Assembly: GCA_963668645.2 (NCBI GenBank)
Contig: CAXXWC010000013.1
Location: 192,001-256,000 of the forward strand
DNA length: 64,000 nucleotides
DNA from: Desulfobacterales bacterium
GTDB taxonomy: Bacteria; Desulfobacterota; Desulfobacteria; Desulfobacterales; UBA2174
Direction: 5' to 3'
Under the pieces are notes generated by a model that worked only from the letters and a program-made list of their open reading frames with translations, did not search any database and was not told the origin of the DNA. Positions 60,595-64,000 of this stretch are shown here, in pieces; position 1 is the first letter of the stretch, and each line of letters starts with the position of its first letter. Made by a program: the position numbers and the translations under genes.

Positions 60595-61446
60595 TTAGAC
60601 CCTGCCGCCGGACCAGCGCAATTTGGTCTTGAGCACATCAAAGTACTGGCGGCCGGCGATTTCGATGAGTTGCACCGGTTCACGACTTTTTCGGACCGTG
60701 ATTTCGTCCTGTTCGCCGATGGCCAGGCCGACCTGACCGTCAAAGGTCAGAGCGATATCGGTGGACCCTGCGGCCAGCCGGATACGGATCGAGACCGCAT
60801 CCGGGACGATCAGGGGTCTGTTGGTGAGGGTGAACGGGCAAATGGGGGTCAGGATGATACCGGGAACTTCCGGGTGAAGCACCGGGCCGCCGGCGGCCAG
60901 TGAATAGGCCGTGGAGCCGGTGGGGGTCGCCACGATCAAGCCGTCGGCCCGATAGTCGGTCAAGTAGTGCCCGTCGATAAAAGTCTCGATACAGGCCAGC
61001 CGTGCCAGGGCGCCTTTGTTGATTACCAGGTCGTTGAGCACTGTTTCGCGGGCCACAGTCTGCCCGTTGCGTTCGACCTGGACCTGCAAGCGCATCCGAG
61101 AGCGGGTTTCAAATCCATGGTCGAGGATTTCTTCGACCGCCGCCATCATCTGGCTTTCAGAGACGGCGGCCAGAAATCCGACCTCGCCGAACTTTATGCC
61201 GAGCACCGGAACCGGGTGCGGGCCGAGCCAGCGTACGGCGCTCAGGAAGGTGCCGTCGCCTCCCAGCACGATCACCATCGCCATGTCACGCGGTGCGCTG
61301 GAAACCGCCAGCGGTGAATGCGTCCCCTGCGGGGGGCGGGGGTGGTGCCAAACCACCGCGATCCCGCGCCCGGCCAGCATGGCGGCCAGGGCATCAGCCC
61401 TTTCCGCGGCCACCGGGTCCGTTTTGACAACCAGCCCGATTTTCAT
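60595..61446 (-). CDS. nadK: NAD kinase
   Basis: [32 protein letters not shown]. Confidence 0.95.
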   Translation of the reverse strand: MKIGLVVKTDPVAAERADALAAMLAGRGIAVVWHHPRPPQGTHSPLAVSSAPRDMAMVIVLGGDGTFLSAVRWLGPHPVPVLGIKFGEVGFLAAVSESQMMAAVEEILDHGFETRSRMRLQVQVERNGQTVARETVLNDLVINKGALARLACIETFIDGHYLTDYRADGLIVATPTGSTAYSLAAGGPVLHPEVPGIILTPICPFTLTNRPLIVPDAVSIRIRLAAGSTDIALTFDGQVGLAIGEQDEITVRKSREPVQLIEIAGRQYFDVLKTKLRWSGGRV

Positions 61447-61573
61447 CCGTCTCCCCAAACCTGTCGCGTCTGCCCGTCGCTTAGCACATCGCGCCAGCCA
61501 TGCTAACGGGAAAGGCGTTGCCCAGCAACCTTTTTTTCCGCAGCCTGCGCTTGTTTTGTGACCAGTTTTGGCC

Positions 61574-61602
61574 TTGACGCACCTTGCTAAACCGTCTATA
61601 AC
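61574..61602 (+). promoter_or_regulatory. sigma70 promoter of the liv operon
   Basis: TTGACG-N17-TATAAC. Confidence 0.55.
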
Positions 61603-61718
61603 CATCTAAATTTAAGCAAAGTTGTGTTTACTTTGGAGCAAATAGGGCGGGGGGCCGTTGTCGATTGCGGCCTCCGTTCATTTCAACCCTTACTCGAATG
61701 GCGGAGGAGGATTTGGCG

Positions 61719-62840
61719 ATGAAACGTTTTGCGTTGTTGTTTAGCGTGCTGGCCCTGGTTGCCGTGTTTGCCGTTTCAGGCATCGCCGTAGCCGATACGA
61801 TAAAGCTTGGAGTGGCAGGGCCCCACTCGGGCGACCTGGCGTCTTACGGCCTGCCAACCGTCAAGGCCGCTGAGCTGGTGGTCAAGGACATCAACGCCAA
61901 GGGCGGTGTGCTCGGCAAGCAGGTGGAACTGGTTATCGAAGACGACGTGTGCAAGCCCGAAGTGGCCACCAACACCGCCACCAAGATCGTATCCCAGAAG
62001 GTGCCGGTGGTTGTGGGGCATATTTGCAGCGGAGCCACCAAGGCCGCACTGGGGATCTACAAGGAGGCCAAGGTCATCGCCATTTCGCCGTCGGCCACCA
62101 ACCCGGCATTGACCCAGAGCGGCGATTACCCCAATTTCTTCCGCACCATCGCTTCAGACGACGCCCAGGCGCGCCTGGAAGTCGATTTCGCCCTGGACGT
62201 GCTCAAACTGAAAAAAATTGCCGTACTGCATGACAAGGGCGATTACGGCAAGGGGCTGGCTGAGTTCGCCAAGAGTTTTGTCGAGGCGGACCCGCGGGCC
62301 GAAGTGGTGCTTTACGAGGGGGTCACCCCGGGTGCGGTGGACTATTCGGCCGTGGTGCAGAAGATTAAGCGCACCGGTGCCGAGGCGGTGATTTTCGGCG
62401 GCTACCATCCGGAAGCCTCCAAGATCGTCACCCAGATGCGCAAAAAACGTATGGACACCTTCTTTATCTCCGATGACGGCGTCAAGGACGACACCTTCAT
62501 CAAGGTGGCCGGCGAGTATGCCGAGGGCGTTTACGCCACCGGTCCCAAAGACGTATCGAAGAACCCCATGGCCATTGCCGCCAACAAGGCCCACCAGGAA
62601 ACCTATGGCGCCGATCCGGGCGCCTTTTACCTGAATGCCTATGCGGCCACCCTGGCCATTTTGAATGCCGTCGAGAAGGCGGGCGATGCGTATGACTACG
62701 ACGGGATCGTCAACGCGTTGCGCAACGACCCGGTGGACACGCCGCTGGGCACGATCCACTTCGACGAGCGCGGCGATGCCATCGGCGTCGGCTTCTCGAT
62801 GTACCAGGTCAAAAACGGCGTTTACGTAGAAGTTCAGTAA
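61719..62840 (+). CDS. Branched-chain amino-acid ABC transporter substrate-binding protein (LivK/J-like)
   Basis: Signal peptide, INAKGGVLG, GHICSGAT, SPSATNP, FRTIASD. Confidence 0.93.
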   Translation: MKRFALLFSVLALVAVFAVSGIAVADTIKLGVAGPHSGDLASYGLPTVKAAELVVKDINAKGGVLGKQVELVIEDDVCKPEVATNTATKIVSQKVPVVVGHICSGATKAALGIYKEAKVIAISPSATNPALTQSGDYPNFFRTIASDDAQARLEVDFALDVLKLKKIAVLHDKGDYGKGLAEFAKSFVEADPRAEVVLYEGVTPGAVDYSAVVQKIKRTGAEAVIFGGYHPEASKIVTQMRKKRMDTFFISDDGVKDDTFIKVAGEYAEGVYATGPKDVSKNPMAIAANKAHQETYGADPGAFYLNAYAATLAILNAVEKAGDAYDYDGIVNALRNDPVDTPLGTIHFDERGDAIGVGFSMYQVKNGVYVEVQ

Positions 62841-62974
62841 GCCGTCTCCATCATGAACCCACAGGGGACAGGCCCACATTTTCGGGTCTGCCCCCTGGTT
62901 TTTTTCAGTCGCTGTCGCGCTGACGCTCTTTTTCCGGCGTCATCTTCCGGCGACCGGCATACGGACGAAGGTCC

Positions 62975-63883
62975 ATGGACCCCCAATACTTTGCCGAACT
63001 GTTCCTCGGCGGCCTGACCCGCGGCAGCATTTATGCGCTGATCGCCCTGGGCTATACGATGGTCTACGGCATCATCGAGCTGATCAACTTCGCCCACGGC
63101 GAGATTTACATGATCGGTGCCTTCACCGGCCTGATCGTGGCCACCGTGTTGACCCTGCTCGGATGGAACCAGATCGCCATTTTGGTCATCGCATCGGTGG
63201 CGGCCGTGATCTATTCCTCCTGTTACGGCTTCACCATGGAGAAGGTCGCCTACAAACCGTTGCGCGGCGCCCCCCGGCTTTCGGTGCTGATCAGCGCCAT
63301 AGGCATGTCGCTCTTTTTGCAAAACTACGTCCTGCTGGCCCAGACCTCAGACTTTCTGCCTTTTCCCAGCCTGGTGCCCGACTTCGATTTCTGGGAACCG
63401 TATGCCCATATCATCAGCAGCCAGGAGATCGCCATCATCGGTGTAACGGCGGTGGTCATGCTCTTGCTGAGCCTGATGATCAAATTCACGCGGGTGGGCA
63501 AGGCGATGCGGGCCACCAGCCAGGATCGCGACATGGCGATGCTGGTCGGAGTCGACGTGAACCGGGTGATCTCGATGACTTTCATCATCGGCTCGGCCAC
63601 CGCCGCTTTGGGGGCGGTGCTGATCGCCTCGCACATCGGCCAGATTAACTTTTATATCGGGTTCATTGCGGGCATAAAGGCCTTCGTGGCCGCGGTGCTG
63701 GGCGGGATCGGATCGGTGCCCGGAGCCGTGGTGGGCGCCCTGGTGCTCGGCTGGACCGAAAGCTTTTTCACCGGATACATCTCCAGCGATTACGAGGACG
63801 TGTTCGCCTTTGTTTTCCTGGTCTGCATCCTGATTTTCCGGCCCGCAGGCATTCTGGGCCGGTCGGACACCCAAAAAGTCTAA
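62975..63883 (+). CDS. livH: Branched-chain amino-acid ABC permease
   Basis: GSIYALIALGYTMVYGIIELINFAHGE, AAVLGGIGS. Confidence 0.94.
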   Translation: MDPQYFAELFLGGLTRGSIYALIALGYTMVYGIIELINFAHGEIYMIGAFTGLIVATVLTLLGWNQIAILVIASVAAVIYSSCYGFTMEKVAYKPLRGAPRLSVLISAIGMSLFLQNYVLLAQTSDFLPFPSLVPDFDFWEPYAHIISSQEIAIIGVTAVVMLLLSLMIKFTRVGKAMRATSQDRDMAMLVGVDVNRVISMTFIIGSATAALGAVLIASHIGQINFYIGFIAGIKAFVAAVLGGIGSVPGAVVGALVLGWTESFFTGYISSDYEDVFAFVFLVCILIFRPAGILGRSDTQKV

Positions 63884-63917
63884 CCCCTGGCCGATCCGGG
63901 GAACGGTCGTGATCCCA

Positions 63918-64000
63918 ATGCCGAGTTTCGTCGAAATCCGCAAGTCGCTGCTGGTGTCGATCTGGTTTATGTTCCTGACCTTTCCGATCATGGTCATCCG
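63918..64000 (+). CDS. Probable LivM permease, 5' fragment
   Basis: Hydrophobic ORF start (MPSFVEIRKSLLVSIWFMFLTFPIMVI) directly after livH; identity inferred from position. Confidence 0.55.
   Translation, partial: MPSFVEIRKSLLVSIWFMFLTFPIMVI

Noticed and set aside
62857..62905. Hairpin between the liv binding-protein gene and livH as an ncRNA
   Set aside because: Typical intercistronic stabiliser/terminator after an ABC binding-protein gene

Overview
High-GC bacterial chromosomal segment whose gene content and order suggest Desulfobacterota (deltaproteobacterial sulfate reducer; inferred, not verified). It holds housekeeping genes (pstS, frameshifted prfB, a thiE-thiL fusion, lnt, tatA, ssb, a dpp/opp ABC operon, panC, metK, nadK, liv ABC genes), an FNOR-cooF-cooS CO dehydrogenase operon, an IS5-like/ISNCY element with a cognate MITE in tandem at the same TAACTA target, and a ~11.6 kb defence island with an intact type I R-M system but decayed AbiE toxin, AlbA/ATPase and VapC genes. 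The most notable locus is 44.7-57.1 kb. It is a stand-alone Fo-only ATP-synthase operon (atpZ-I-a-c4-c-b'-b, no F1 genes in the window) with a Na+-type c subunit and a 324-aa subunit of four fused c hairpins, only one of which keeps the ion-binding Glu. It lies just downstream of a co-oriented cluster encoding a putative Na+/H+ antiporter, two universal stress proteins, a two-component system and a cytidylate-kinase-like protein. A candidate sRNA, a probable ATC start codon in panC and a frame-switching 11-bp repeat are also reported. No CRISPR array, tRNA or rRNA was recognised.
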